A DNA stretch of 64,000 nt from an uncultured bacterium. Lineage in GTDB: Bacteria > Krumholzibacteriota > Krumholzibacteriia > Krumholzibacteriales > Krumholzibacteriaceae. How positions within the stretch are numbered: position 1 is the first letter of the stretch; each line of letters opens with the position of its first letter. The notes under the pieces are model-generated. The model did not search any database, was not told the DNA's origin, and saw only the letters and a program-made list of their open reading frames with translations. The DNA lies in the NCBI GenBank assembly GCA_963813815.1, contig CAWFAD010000016.1, positions 352,001 through 416,000 of the forward strand, written 5' to 3'. A program made the position numbers and the translations under genes. Positions 45,815-57,733 of this stretch are shown one piece after another.

Positions 45815-47030
45815 ATGCACACGGACGCAGTCGTTCTCGCCGTTTTCATCTTCGTATACCTCGGGATGATTCTCGGGAGAATCCCGGGCCTCGCCCTCGA
45901 CCGGACCGGCGTCACCCTCCTCGGCGCGATCGCTCTCGTGACCCTCGGCCGCGTCACGGTGCCGGAGCTCTCGACCGTCATCGACGTGCCGACGATCGCG
46001 CTCCTCTTCGGGCTCATGGTGGTCTCGGCCCAGTTCCGCCTCGGCGGCTTCTACTCGCACGTCGTCCGGCGCATAGCGGCCATCGAGACCGGCCCGGCCG
46101 CCCTGCTCGGGATCCTCGTCGCCGTCACGGGGGCGCTCTCGGCGATCCTCGCGAACGACATCGTCTGCCTCGCCGTCGCGCCGGTGCTCGTCGAGGGATG
46201 CGCGCGGCGCGAGCTGAACCCCCGGCCGTATCTCCTCGCTCTCGCCGCGGCGGCCAACGTCGGCTCGGCGGCCACGCTCATCGGCAACCCGCAGAACATG
46301 CTTATCGGCCAGGTTCTCGGGCTCTCCTTCAGCCGTTACCTCCTCGACGCGGGAATTCCCTCGCTCCTGGGGCTCGGCGTGGTCTGGGCCGTGATCGCCC
46401 GCCGCTACCGGAGATCGTGGCGTGCGTCGACGCCGATCCCGGCGATCGGGGAGCAACGGTTCGACCGGCGGCAGACGTGGAAGGGGGCCGTCATTCTCGC
46501 CTTTCTCATGGCCGCGTTTCTCGCGGGAGCGTGGCCCCGGGAGATCCTGGCGCTCGCCGCCGCGGGAGTGCTCCTCTGCTCGCGCAGGATGCGGTCGCGG
46601 GACATGCTCGAGCTCGTCGATTGGCAGCTCCTCGTTCTCTTCATGGCGCTCTTCGTCGTGAACCACGCCTTCGAGGTCTCGGGCGGCATGGCGGCGGCCG
46701 CGGAGCGCCTTTCCGCCGCCGGGGTCGATCTCTCGCGCCCGGCGACGCTCTTCGGCGCGAGCGTGCTCCTCTCGAACCTCGTGTCGAACGTCCCGGCCGC
46801 GATGCTGCTCGTCCCCTTCGCCTCGCATCCACTCGCGGGTCCGGTGCTCGCCCTCGCCACCACGCTCGCGGGCAATCTCCTCGTCGTCGGCTCCATTGCA
46901 AATATCATCGTGATCGGCCAGGCGGAACGGCTTGGCGTGAGGATCGGCTGGCGGGAGCACGCCCGGGTCGGCGTGCCCGTGACGATCCTGACGCTCGCGC
47001 GTCGCGGCCGCCTGGCTCGCGCTGCGCTGA
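45815..47030 (+). CDS. ArsB/NhaD-superfamily anion transporter (apparent +1 frameshift near 47000)
   Basis: LANDIVCL, ANVGSAATLIGNPQN, LVSNVPA and GSIANIIV motifs. A plausible ending VAAAWLALR* lies in the +1 frame. Confidence 0.8.
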
Positions 47031-47284
47031 GGGCGAAAAGCCCGGCGCGAAGCCACGAATCGCCTATCCGCCGGCATGAGCGGTTCGTCCTCGCGACCCG
47101 CCGAGGCGCGGCGGCGGCGCGCCCTTTCCCGCGCCGGGTGGTCTCCGGGGGCCTTCGCCGGTCCGTTCGACGAGACTGGTCTCAAAATTGCACCAGTCGA
47201 TACGGGGCCGTGCGCCTGGACCGGGAAGCCGGCGGCGCCGGGAGAGAGCCGGGAAGAAAAATAACGCGAAAAGAAAAATATAGT

Positions 47285-47320
47285 TTGCTTGCATGAGCAA
47301 GCGTTGTGTATATATTGCAA
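47285..47320 (+). promoter_or_regulatory. AT-rich promoter/operator upstream of the kamA cluster
   Basis: Inverted repeat GCTTGC-ATGA-GCAAGC (47287-47302) followed by TATATT. Confidence 0.4.
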
Positions 47321-47616
47321 CTTGAAAAAAGGAACGGCGCGCCGAGCGGCGAGCAACGATGCGCACTGAAGGCGGAGGAGGAGGCGATCACCCCGCCGAT
47401 GACGCCGCGAGCGCCTTCCGGTTCATTGAGGAGGAATTGTCATGAAGATGAAGTTTCCACATATAGCATTCGGACGTCTCGTGAAGCCTCTATCGAGGCA
47501 TGTCGGCGTCCGGCGCATGAGGACGGGCTTTGCGCCCCGTATATCGTTCGATGTGACCAACGATTTTCCGAGTCGCGTGCGGCCCGTGAGCCGCGACCTG
47601 ATGGAGGGATTGTTCG

Positions 47617-48957
<1,341 letters not shown>

Positions 48958-48963
48958 CCGCCC

Positions 48964-49971
48964 ATGAGGATCGGGCTCACCTACGATCTCAGGGCGGAGT
49001 ACCTCGCCATGGGATACGGCGAGGAGGAGACGGCCGAGTTCGACCGCGAGGAAACGATCGCCGAGCTCGAGAAGGCGATCCGGGCGTGCGGCCACTCGAC
49101 CGATCGAATCGGCCACGCCCGGAGTCTCGTCTCCCGGCTCGCCGGCGGGGATCGCTGGGACCTCGTTTTCAACATCGCCGAAGGGCTTCGCGGCGCCGGC
49201 CGGGAGGCGCAGGTGCCCGCGATCCTCGACGTTTTCGGGATTCCCTACACCTTCTCCGACCCGGTCGTCATGGGGCTCACCCTGCACAAGGGTCTCACGA
49301 AGAGCGTGATCCGCGATGCCGGCATACCGACTCCCGGTTTCGGCGTCGTCGCGCGGGAGGAGGACGCCGAAGCGATCGGCTTCCCGCCGCCCTACTTCGC
49401 GAAGCCCGTCGCGGAGGGAACGAGCAAGGGAATCGCGGCGGATTCGGTCGTGAGCGACCGCCGGGAGCTCGCGCCGCTCTGCCGGCGGCTCCTCGCGGAG
49501 TTCCGCCAGCCCGTGCTCATCGAGACCTTTCTCCCGGGGCGCGAGTTCACGGTCGGCGTCCTCGGCACGGGAGGAGAGGCGGAGGCCATCGGAACCCTCG
49601 AGATGGGGCTTCGCCCGGGCGCCGAGAGCGGAGTCTACTCGTACGTGAACAAGGAGCGTTGCGAGGAGCTCGTGGAATACATCCTCGTGCGCCCGGAGGG
49701 GGACCGCGCGGTGAGCGAGGCGGAGCGTCTCGCGCTCGAGGTGTGGCGAGTGCTCGGCTGCCGCGACGCGGGGAGGGTCGACTTCCGCTGCGACGCGGAG
49801 GGCCGTCCCCAGTTTCTCGAGGTGAATCCGCTGGCGGGTCTCCACCCGACGCATTCCGATCTTCCCATATTGTGCTCGAAGCTCGAAATCCCCTACGTGC
49901 GGCTCATCGAGCGGATCATCCTCTCGGCGTGCGCCCGTATCGAACGACCTTCCACCACCGCCTCTTCCTAG
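48964..49971 (+). CDS. D-Ala-D-Ala-ligase-like ATP-grasp enzyme 1
   Basis: FNIAEG, KPVAEGTSKGI, GREFTV, GRVDFR and LEVNPLAGL motifs. Confidence 0.88.
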   Translation: MRIGLTYDLRAEYLAMGYGEEETAEFDREETIAELEKAIRACGHSTDRIGHARSLVSRLAGGDRWDLVFNIAEGLRGAGREAQVPAILDVFGIPYTFSDPVVMGLTLHKGLTKSVIRDAGIPTPGFGVVAREEDAEAIGFPPPYFAKPVAEGTSKGIAADSVVSDRRELAPLCRRLLAEFRQPVLIETFLPGREFTVGVLGTGGEAEAIGTLEMGLRPGAESGVYSYVNKERCEELVEYILVRPEGDRAVSEAERLALEVWRVLGCRDAGRVDFRCDAEGRPQFLEVNPLAGLHPTHSDLPILCSKLEIPYVRLIERIILSACARIERPSTTASS

Positions 49972-49977
49972 AGGATC

Positions 49978-51033
49978 ATGCGCGTCGCAATTCTTTACAA
50001 CGCGGTCAGCGAGAACGCCAAAACGGACGAGCTCGACGTTCTCGAGCAGCTCGAGGCGATCTACGCCGTCCTCGGCCGGCTCGGGGCGGCGGTCGAGCGC
50101 GTTCCGTGCACCCTCGACCTCAAAACGATCGCGCTCGCCCTCGATCGCTTCAAGCCCGATGCCGTGTTCAACCTCGTCGAGTGCCTCGAGGGGTACGGGA
50201 GGCTCATCCACGTCGTCCCGGCGATGCTCGACGCGCTGGGAGTGCCGTACACCGGCTGCTCCGCCGAGGCGCTCTACCTCACCTCGAACAAGACGCTGGC
50301 CAAGGAGCGGATGAGGGCCGCGGGAATTCCGACGCCGGATTGGGCGGGTCCGTGGCCTCGCGGCGGCGTCGCTTCCCTCGTGAAGAAGCGGAGCTCCGCG
50401 CGGCGGCGGTCGCGTCACATCGTCAAGGCGGTCTGGGAGCACGCATCCTTCGGGATGGACGACGACGTCATCGTCGACGGCGCCGACGAGGCGGGGCTTC
50501 TGGCCCGCATGGAGGAGCTCGCGCCGCGGCTTCGCGGCGAATGTTTCGCTGAGGCGTTCGTCGAGGGGCGGGAGTTCAACGTCTCGATCGTTTCGACGGC
50601 GGACGGTCCCCGCGTGTTTCCCCTCGCGGAGATCCTGTTCCTCCATTTTCCGAAGGGCAAGCCTCGGATCGTGAATTACAAGGCGAAGTGGGAGGAAGAC
50701 GCGATCGAATACCGGGGCACGCCGCGCACGTTCGATTTCAAGCAGGAGGACGGGGAGCTGCTCGCGGAGCTCGTCCGGATAGCGCGCGAGGCGTGGGACC
50801 TTTTCGGCCTGCGGGGGTACGCGCGCGTGGACTATCGCGTCGACAAGAAAAACCGTCCCTACATTCTCGAGGTGAACGCGAACCCCTGTATCTCTCCCGA
50901 TTCGGGGTTCATAGCGGCGGCGCAGCAGGGCGGATTCGGCTACGACACCCTCATCGGGATGATTCTCGACGACGCGCTGCGCCGCGCGCGGAAGCCGGCC
51001 GCCGGCAGGCAGGAGGGGGCGCGAGGTGGGTGA
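49978..51033 (+). CDS. D-Ala-D-Ala-ligase-like ATP-grasp enzyme 2
   Basis: FNLVE, EHASFG, GREFNV, YKAKW, ARVDYR and LEVNANP motifs. Confidence 0.88.
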   Translation: MRVAILYNAVSENAKTDELDVLEQLEAIYAVLGRLGAAVERVPCTLDLKTIALALDRFKPDAVFNLVECLEGYGRLIHVVPAMLDALGVPYTGCSAEALYLTSNKTLAKERMRAAGIPTPDWAGPWPRGGVASLVKKRSSARRRSRHIVKAVWEHASFGMDDDVIVDGADEAGLLARMEELAPRLRGECFAEAFVEGREFNVSIVSTADGPRVFPLAEILFLHFPKGKPRIVNYKAKWEEDAIEYRGTPRTFDFKQEDGELLAELVRIAREAWDLFGLRGYARVDYRVDKKNRPYILEVNANPCISPDSGFIAAAQQGGFGYDTLIGMILDDALRRARKPAAGRQEGARGG

Positions 51034-51538
51034 CGGATCGCGGAAACGGGAACCCTGCGACGTGACGTTCCGGTACGACGTGCGGCAGGAGGATCTCGAG
51101 ACGGTCCGGGACATCGTCGAGGCGACGGGATACTTCGCCGCGAACGAGATTCCGGTGGCGGTCGAGCTCGTTCAGGATCACATCGTCAAGGGAGCGGCCG
51201 ACAGCGGCTACTATTTCGTGTTCGCGGAGATCGACGGCCGCGCGGTCGGCTATGCCTGCTACGGGCCGATCGCCTGCACGATCTCGAGCTTCAACGTGTA
51301 CTGGCTCGCCGTGCTCCCCGATTTTCAGGGGCGCGGCATCGGAAAGACGCTCATGCGGGAGACGGAGCGGCTGATCCGCGCCGCCGGGGGCGCCAGATCG
51401 TACATCGACACTTCCTACAAGGCGCAGTACGAGGACACGCGCGCCTTCTACGAGTCGTTCGGTTACTCTCTCGGGGCTCATCTGCCGGATTATTACGGAC
51501 CGGGCGACGACAAGGTCATTTACGTCAAATCGTTCTGA
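51026..51538 (+). CDS. GNAT N-acetyltransferase
   Basis: YWLAVLPDFQGRGIGKTL and RAFYESFGY motifs. Confidence 0.88.
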   Translation: MGDGSRKREPCDVTFRYDVRQEDLETVRDIVEATGYFAANEIPVAVELVQDHIVKGAADSGYYFVFAEIDGRAVGYACYGPIACTISSFNVYWLAVLPDFQGRGIGKTLMRETERLIRAAGGARSYIDTSYKAQYEDTRAFYESFGYSLGAHLPDYYGPGDDKVIYVKSF

Positions 51539-52752
51539 TCGCGCGCCCCGAGGGCGGCGAGCAGCGTCGTGGCGTAGGCGCCCCGCGGCAGCGTGAAGCG
51601 CAGGCTCCGCTTGAGCCGCTGGCCCGCGGGCGCCGTCTCGTCCGGCTCCGGAGGTCCGACGGAGAACGCCGCCGCCTCGGCGAAGAGCCTCCGGGGGATT
51701 TCGTCGAATCGCGGCGAGCGGAGACCGGGAACGCGCAGATCAGCGAGAGAGATCCCCTCGTCCTCGAGCGCGCCCCGGGCGGCGCCGGCCCAAGGGGCTT
51801 CGAGCGCCGTCCCCGGGGAGAGGAGGGGAACGACGAGCGAGCGGGTCTCCTCGCTGACGCGCCCCGTTTCCGGAAAAACGAGCTCTCCCCATCGATGCGG
51901 CGCCGCGACGAAGGGAGGCGGGCAGAGATCGCGGACCAGCCGCCGGACCGCGGCGTTCCAGAGAAACGACTGGTACGCCTCGGCCACGATGCGCCGGACG
52001 AACGCGGGGAGGGCGAGAAAACCCGCCCGGCAATCGCCGCTCGAGTTGGCGAGCGCCTCGACGACGCGGCGTTCGGGACCGTCGGGGAGCTCGTTCCGGA
52101 GGGCGTTCCAGTCGCCCCATGACGCCGCGATCTTCCGGGCCGCCGTCTTGCGGAGCCGCTCGGTCTTTCGGTCGGGGGTCGCCACGACGAGACGGAGCGC
52201 CCCCTCGAAATCCCCGTCGATGAGACGGCGCGCCGCGAAGCCGCGGCCGTGGCGCGCGGAACCGAAGCGCTGCTCCCCGAAGTAGTTGACGAAGCCGAGG
52301 ACCCGGCCCCCCCGCGAGGGGAGGGAAAGAAATCGCCTCGCCTCGTCCATGCGCCGGCACTCGCGCCGCGTGAGATCGCGCACGGTGATGAGGAAGCGGT
52401 TCCCGGCGATCCCCGACGCCGCGAGACGTTCGGGGAGACTGCCGATGAGCTCGAGCGCGATGCCGGGGGCCGCGAGTTTCTCCCGGAGGGCGGCGGGTCC
52501 CCTCCCCGCGGCGTCGATCGTGACGTACTGGACCGTCAGCGCATGCCGGTCCTTGAGCCCCCCGAATCCGATGCTCCGGCGGGGGACGCGGAGGGCGGCC
52601 GCGATCCGCTCGATCGCCTCGTCGGTTCCGAGTCCACGCTTCACGAGACGATAGAGCGCGTGGCGCTCGCCCGGCGGCGAAACGGCGCGGGCGATCTCCG
52701 GAGAGAGGATCTCCTCGACCCTGAAATCATCCTGCGAGCGCTTGATCTTCAT
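51520..52752 (-). CDS. truD: tRNA pseudouridine(13) synthase TruD
   Basis: DFRVEE, GLKDRHALTVQ, GNRFLI, NYFGEQRFG and FTLPRGAYAT motifs. Confidence 0.92.
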   Translation of the reverse strand: MKIKRSQDDFRVEEILSPEIARAVSPPGERHALYRLVKRGLGTDEAIERIAAALRVPRRSIGFGGLKDRHALTVQYVTIDAAGRGPAALREKLAAPGIALELIGSLPERLAASGIAGNRFLITVRDLTRRECRRMDEARRFLSLPSRGGRVLGFVNYFGEQRFGSARHGRGFAARRLIDGDFEGALRLVVATPDRKTERLRKTAARKIAASWGDWNALRNELPDGPERRVVEALANSSGDCRAGFLALPAFVRRIVAEAYQSFLWNAAVRRLVRDLCPPPFVAAPHRWGELVFPETGRVSEETRSLVVPLLSPGTALEAPWAGAARGALEDEGISLADLRVPGLRSPRFDEIPRRLFAEAAAFSVGPPEPDETAPAGQRLKRSLRFTLPRGAYATTLLAALGARDQNDLT

Positions 52753-52779
52753 CGGTGTTCGCGGGGCGGCCAGAGCCGG

Positions 52780-53346
52780 TTAAGAGCTCCCCCCCTCGAA
52801 GCGCCTCACTTCTTCCTGTATGTACGCTATGAAGGCCGAGCGGTCGCCGGTGAGGTCCCAGACGCGGGACAGATTCTTCCAGTCGGCCCCTTTGCCGTCG
52901 ACGACCCTCGCGAGCACGACCGATTGGGCCGAGAGCCCGTAGCTCTCGACGAAGCGCTCGTTCCCGGCTTCGTCGACGTTCACGACGCGCCAGAGGAGAG
53001 TTCCTTTCCGAATCTCCGCTCCGAAGCCGTTCATGATCGCCTCGCCCGTGTACTGCTCGATCCTGCGGCAGGTCGCGCAGCGCGGCATTCCATGAAAGTA
53101 GTAGACAACGACGGCGTTCCCCGCCTCGGCGGCAACGGAGTCGATGGCGGCGGTCCGGGGAGCGGGCGTCTGGAGGCCGGTGTCGGGGGCGGCCTCCGCC
53201 GGAGCCGCCTGAACGGACGCGGCGGAGTCCACGCTCGCGGTGTCGGAAGAGGATGTTCGCCTGCGCGCCTCGTCCGCGGCGAAGTAGGCGGCGCTCGCCA
53301 GAAGAAAGGCGACGAGGAGGATGATGACGACGAGCTTCGGTTTCAT
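52780..53346 (-). CDS. Exported thioredoxin-like protein (YFHGxxRCxTC type)
   Basis: N-terminal TM helix; VYYFHGMPRCATCRRIE and WKNLSRVW motifs. Confidence 0.75.
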   Translation of the reverse strand: MKPKLVVIILLVAFLLASAAYFAADEARRRTSSSDTASVDSAASVQAAPAEAAPDTGLQTPAPRTAAIDSVAAEAGNAVVVYYFHGMPRCATCRRIEQYTGEAIMNGFGAEIRKGTLLWRVVNVDEAGNERFVESYGLSAQSVVLARVVDGKGADWKNLSRVWDLTGDRSAFIAYIQEEVRRFEGGSS

Positions 53347-53531
53347 GGGATCGCGCTCCTTTGCTTCCGGCGCCCCTTTGTCCGGGAATAACGACGACGA
53401 TTCCACCAGGGCGCGCAGGATGCAGTATACGCTCGAGCCCCGCTTCCCGTCTCGCACGATTTCCGCGTTTCCCGCCGCGGAGGCGATCCGGAGGCGGGCG
53501 CTGCCGCAAGCGTCCTCCCGGCGAATTCGTC

Positions 53532-53580
53532 TTGACGCGGGGTTGGGGGATGGCTATTATCAGTAACAGTTACTATTATT
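53532..53580 (+). promoter_or_regulatory. Promoter with Fur/Per-box-like palindrome
   Basis: TTGACG-N17-TATTAT, then AGTAAC-A-GTTACT (53562-53574) in an AT-rich context. Confidence 0.65.
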
Positions 53581-53583
53581 AAT

Positions 53584-53994
53584 ATGAACGATCGCGTACG
53601 CATACGGCGCTCGAAGCAGCGCGAGATCATCCTCGAGGAGCTCGTGAAGCTCGGAAGCCATCCGAGCGCCGGCGAGCTCTACGATCGCGTGCGAAAGCGC
53701 CTTCCCCGCGTCAGCCTCGGCACCGTGTACCGGAACCTCGAGATCTTCGCCCGCGAGGGCCTCGTGAAGCGCCTCGAGCTCGACGGAGAGCGCGTGCGGT
53801 ACGACGGAGAGCGCGGGGATCATTGCCACATCAAGTGCCTGCGCTGCGGAAGGATCGAGGATCTGCCGGCGTCCGCCCCCCCGGACGGGCGCGACCGGGC
53901 TATCGTGCGCCGGAGCGGGTATCGCCTCGTCGAGCGGTGCGTTCAGTACCTCGGCGTCTGCCCGGCGTGCCGGAAGAAAGAGCGGGTGAGCTGA
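53584..53994 (+). CDS. Fur family regulator (PerR-like)
   Basis: HPSAGELY, SLGTVYRNL, HCHIKCLRCG and GVCPAC motifs. Confidence 0.9.
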   Translation: MNDRVRIRRSKQREIILEELVKLGSHPSAGELYDRVRKRLPRVSLGTVYRNLEIFAREGLVKRLELDGERVRYDGERGDHCHIKCLRCGRIEDLPASAPPDGRDRAIVRRSGYRLVERCVQYLGVCPACRKKERVS

Positions 53995-53995
53995 C

Positions 53996-54808
53996 GTGGC
54001 GCCTCTCCGGAAGATTCGGCCGAGGAGCGGACGGCTCGACCCGCGGGGGCTCGAGCGGCTGTACCGGCGATACAACAGGCGTTCGTGGAGGTCGAGCGAT
54101 CCGGTCGAATTCGCCCACCGCTACTCCGATCCGCGGGACCGCGAGGTCGCGGCGATCGTCGCCTCCTCCCTTGCGTTCGGCGGGGTCGCGCAGATACGGG
54201 CGAGCGCCGCCCGCGCCCTCGAGCCGCTCGGGGCCTCCCCGGCCGCGCTTCTCGCCGACGCCTCTCCGGCGCGGCTCGCCGCCCTGTACCGCGGGTTCCG
54301 GCACCGGTGGATAACGGGGGACGACCTCGCGGGGCTCCTCGGGGGGGTGCGGGGCGCCATGGCGGCCCACGGCTCCCTCGGCGGGCTCTTCGCGGGGTCC
54401 ATCGAGGATCGGGACGCCGACGCCGTTCTTCCGTCGGAGAGATTCGTGGATGAGATCCGCCGCCGCGGCGGCCCCTTCCGCGCGTGCCTCCTCCCGTCAC
54501 CCCGGGACGGCAGCGCCTGCAAGAGGCTCTTTCTCTTTCTCCGGTGGATGGTTCGCCGCGACGAGATCGACACGGGGCTCTGGGGAGACGTGCCGCCGTC
54601 CATGCTTCTCGTGCCGCTCGATACGCACCTGCATCGCGCCGCGCTGCGCCTCGGGCTCACCCGGCGCGCCGCCGCGGATCTCCGAACCGCGCTCGAGGTG
54701 ACCGGGGGTTTCCGCCGGATCGCCCCGGACGACCCGGCGAAGTACGATTTCGCGCTGGCCCACGCGGGTATGGGCGGCGCGGCCCGAAAGGAGAGGCGCC
54801 ATGGTTGA
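53996..54808 (+). CDS. TIGR02757/DUF2400 family protein
   Basis: DPVEFAHRY, SACKRLFLFLRWMVR, VPLDTH and DPAKYDFAL motifs. Confidence 0.85.
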   Translation: MAPLRKIRPRSGRLDPRGLERLYRRYNRRSWRSSDPVEFAHRYSDPRDREVAAIVASSLAFGGVAQIRASAARALEPLGASPAALLADASPARLAALYRGFRHRWITGDDLAGLLGGVRGAMAAHGSLGGLFAGSIEDRDADAVLPSERFVDEIRRRGGPFRACLLPSPRDGSACKRLFLFLRWMVRRDEIDTGLWGDVPPSMLLVPLDTHLHRAALRLGLTRRAAADLRTALEVTGGFRRIAPDDPAKYDFALAHAGMGGAARKERRHG

Positions 54809-56069
54809 TTTCGCGCTCCGGTTCGCGCTTTCGATTTGGGAGACGCTTCGCGAGATGTCGCCGTATCTCCTCTTCGGATTCTTCGTGGCCGGTCTGCTCT
54901 CGGTGCTCGTCAAACCCGAGGTCGTCGAGCGCCACCTCGGCGGGAGGGGCTTCTGGCAGGTCGTGAAGGCCGCCGTCTTCGGCGTGCCGCTCCCGCTGTG
55001 CTCCTGCGGCGTCATTCCGGTCGCGGCGTCCCTGCGGCGCCACGGGGCCGGAGCGGGCGCCACGACGTCATTCCTCATATCGACGCCGCAAACCGGGGTC
55101 GACAGCATCATGGTGACGTATTCCCTGCTCGGGCCCGTGTTCGCGGTCTTCCGGCCGGCGGTCGCGTTCCTGAGCGGGCTTCTCGGCGGCACGCTCGTGA
55201 ACCTGTTCGGACACGAAAAGGGCGCGGTCGAAGCGGCGCCCCCGGCGTGCACCGCCGAATGCTGCAGCGGCGCCGAGAATCACCGCGGCTCGATGGCGCG
55301 GGCGCTGCGGTACGGGTTCGTCACGCTTCCGCGCGACCTCAACAAGGCGCTCCTCGCCGGCATCGTCGTCGCGGGGGCGATCGCGGCCGTCGTTCCGGAC
55401 GATTATCTCGCCGGGGTGCTCGGGGGCGGCATCGCGTCGATGCTCATCATGATGGCGGTCGGCATCCCCGTGTACGTGTGCGCGACGGCGTCGGTCCCGA
55501 TCGCCGCGGCGCTCATCGCAAAGGGCGTCTCGCCGGGGGCGGCGCTCGTGTTTCTCATGACGGGCCCCGCGACGAACGCCGCGACCATCATGACGGTATG
55601 GAGGATCATGGGGAAGCGGATCGCGGCGATCTATCTCGCCTCCGTGGCCGCATCCGCCGTTGCGGCGGGCCTCGTCCTCGACGCCGTTTTCACCGCGCGC
55701 GGCGGCCACGCCATGGCGCACGCGCACTGGATGCTTCCCGGCTGGGCCGGGACGGCCGCCGCGATCGTTCTCCTCGGGGTCCTTGCCGCCGCGTTCTTCG
55801 CGCCCTCGCGGGTCGGCGCGGTCCCGAAAGGCCCCGGGGACTCGGAGACGATCCGCATCGCCGTCGGGGGGATGACGTGCAACCACTGCGCGGGGGCCGT
55901 CCGGCGCGCCCTCGAGGAATCTCCGGGCGTCTCGTCCGCCGCGGTCGATCTCAAGACCGGCGAGGCCGTCGTCGCGGGGAGAGCCCTCGACGAGGCGGCG
56001 CTCGCCAAGGCCGTCGAATCGCTCGGCTATCGAGTTCTGCGGATCGTCCGGACGGACGATTTGAAATAG
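54801..56069 (+). CDS. DUF318/ArsP-type permease with C-terminal HMA domain
   Basis: PLPLCSCGVIP, STPQTGVDS and PVYVCATASVP motifs; GMTCNHC HMA motif. Confidence 0.88.
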   Translation: MVDFALRFALSIWETLREMSPYLLFGFFVAGLLSVLVKPEVVERHLGGRGFWQVVKAAVFGVPLPLCSCGVIPVAASLRRHGAGAGATTSFLISTPQTGVDSIMVTYSLLGPVFAVFRPAVAFLSGLLGGTLVNLFGHEKGAVEAAPPACTAECCSGAENHRGSMARALRYGFVTLPRDLNKALLAGIVVAGAIAAVVPDDYLAGVLGGGIASMLIMMAVGIPVYVCATASVPIAAALIAKGVSPGAALVFLMTGPATNAATIMTVWRIMGKRIAAIYLASVAASAVAAGLVLDAVFTARGGHAMAHAHWMLPGWAGTAAAIVLLGVLAAAFFAPSRVGAVPKGPGDSETIRIAVGGMTCNHCAGAVRRALEESPGVSSAAVDLKTGEAVVAGRALDEAALAKAVESLGYRVLRIVRTDDLK

Positions 56070-56120
56070 ATCCTCGATTCGTGTTATGACGTTGGAACCA
56101 TGAAACGGGAGGTGCCGGAA

Positions 56121-56693
56121 ATGTCGATCAAGGGAACGAAGACCGAGAAGAACATCCTCACCGCCTTCGCCGGGGAGTCGCAGGCGCGGAACCGCTACAC
56201 CTATTTCGCGAGCCAGGCGAAGAAGGAGGGGTACGAGCAGATCGCGGCCATATTCGAGGAGACCGCGAACCAGGAAAAGGAGCACGCCAAGCGCCTCTTC
56301 AAGCTCCTCGAGGGGGGTGAGGTCGAAATCACCGCCGCCTTTCCGGCGGGGATCATCTGCACGACGGCCGAGAACCTCGCGGAGGCGGCGGGTGGCGAGC
56401 ACCACGAATGGTCCGAGATGTATCCGGCCTTCGCGAAAACGGCCCGCGCGGAGGGGCACGCGAACGCGGCGGCGATCTTCGAGGCGATCGCCGTCGCCGA
56501 GAAGCATCACGAGAAGCGCTACCTGGCCCTCAAGGGGAATATCGAGCAGGGGAAGGTCTTTAAGCGCCCGGAAAAGGCCGTCTGGCGCTGCCGCAACTGC
56601 GGGTACGTCCACGAGGGGAAGGAAGCCCCCGAGATATGTTCCGCCTGCGCCCATCCGCGCGCGTATTTCGAGCTCCTCGGCGAGAATTACTGA
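56121..56693 (+). CDS. rbr: Rubrerythrin
   Basis: AFAGESQARNRY, EKEHAK, WRCRNCGY and CSACAHP motifs. Confidence 0.95.
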   Translation: MSIKGTKTEKNILTAFAGESQARNRYTYFASQAKKEGYEQIAAIFEETANQEKEHAKRLFKLLEGGEVEITAAFPAGIICTTAENLAEAAGGEHHEWSEMYPAFAKTARAEGHANAAAIFEAIAVAEKHHEKRYLALKGNIEQGKVFKRPEKAVWRCRNCGYVHEGKEAPEICSACAHPRAYFELLGENY

Positions 56694-56772
56694 GGGCGCG
56701 CGAGGGATTCAAACGTGCGCGCCGATTCGGGTGTATACTAGCATGGACGGCATCGAAAGGAGGTAAGGCGCG

Positions 56773-57150
56773 ATGGCGCAAAAGCTCGAAATCTACAAGT
56801 GCAACATATGCGGCAACATCGTGGAAGTGCTCCACGGGGGAGCGGGCGAGCTCGTCTGCTGCGGCGAGCCGATGAAACTCCTCAAGGAGAACACGACCGA
56901 CGCGTCGAAGGAGAAGCACGTCCCCGTGATCGAAAAGATCGAGGGCGGCTACAAGGTGAAGGTGGGATCGACGCCTCATCCGATGGAGGAGAAGCACTGG
57001 ATCGAATGGATCGAGCTCCTCGCCGACGGGGCCGCGTACCGGAAGTTTCTCGAGCCGGGACAGACGCCGGAGGCGGTGTTCATCATCAAGGCGTCGAAGG
57101 TCTCCGCGCGCGAATACTGCAATATCCACAGCCTCTGGAAGGGAGAGTGA
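56773..57150 (+). CDS. dfx: Desulfoferrodoxin (superoxide reductase)
   Basis: [23 protein letters not shown] and YCNIHSLW motifs. Confidence 0.95.
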   Translation: MAQKLEIYKCNICGNIVEVLHGGAGELVCCGEPMKLLKENTTDASKEKHVPVIEKIEGGYKVKVGSTPHPMEEKHWIEWIELLADGAAYRKFLEPGQTPEAVFIIKASKVSAREYCNIHSLWKGE

Positions 57151-57156
57151 TCGCAC

Positions 57157-57654
57157 GTGATCGGCAAGAAAATGATCGCCGCCCTGAACGAGCAGATCAA
57201 CCATGAGCTGTACTCTTCGTATCTCTATTTGTCGATGGCGGCGTATTTCCACTCGATCAACCTCGACGGGTTCGCCCGCTGGATGCGCGTGCAGGCGAAG
57301 GAGGAGGACCTCCACGCGATGAAGCTCTTCGATCACCTCCGCGATCGCGGAGCGCGCGTCGTGCTCGAGCAGATCGACAAGCCCAAGACCGTCTGGAAGT
57401 CCCCGCTCGACGCCTTCGCGGCCGCGCACGAGCACGAAAAGTTCATCACGAGCAAGATCAACGGGCTCTACCAGCTCGCCGAGAAGGAAAGCGATTATCC
57501 GGCGAAGGTGCTCCTCGACTGGTTCGTCAACGAGCAGGTCGAGGAAGAGGCCTCCTCTTCGGGCGTCGTGAAGATGCTCGAGCGGATCAAGGATTCGGGC
57601 AGCGGGATCATCATGCTCGACCGCGAGCTCGGCAAACGGGAGTTTCACGGGTGA
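57157..57654 (+). CDS. ftnA: Non-heme ferritin
   Basis: LNEQINHELYSSYLY, EEDLHAMK and WFVNEQVEEE motifs. Confidence 0.92.
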   Translation: MIGKKMIAALNEQINHELYSSYLYLSMAAYFHSINLDGFARWMRVQAKEEDLHAMKLFDHLRDRGARVVLEQIDKPKTVWKSPLDAFAAAHEHEKFITSKINGLYQLAEKESDYPAKVLLDWFVNEQVEEEASSSGVVKMLERIKDSGSGIIMLDRELGKREFHG

Positions 57655-57733
57655 GAGAACCGGGCGAGGGACGGGCCCCGGCCCGATCCGCGGCGGGGCC
57701 TCCCGCCGTCCGACTGGAAGTGCCGTGCGTGCG

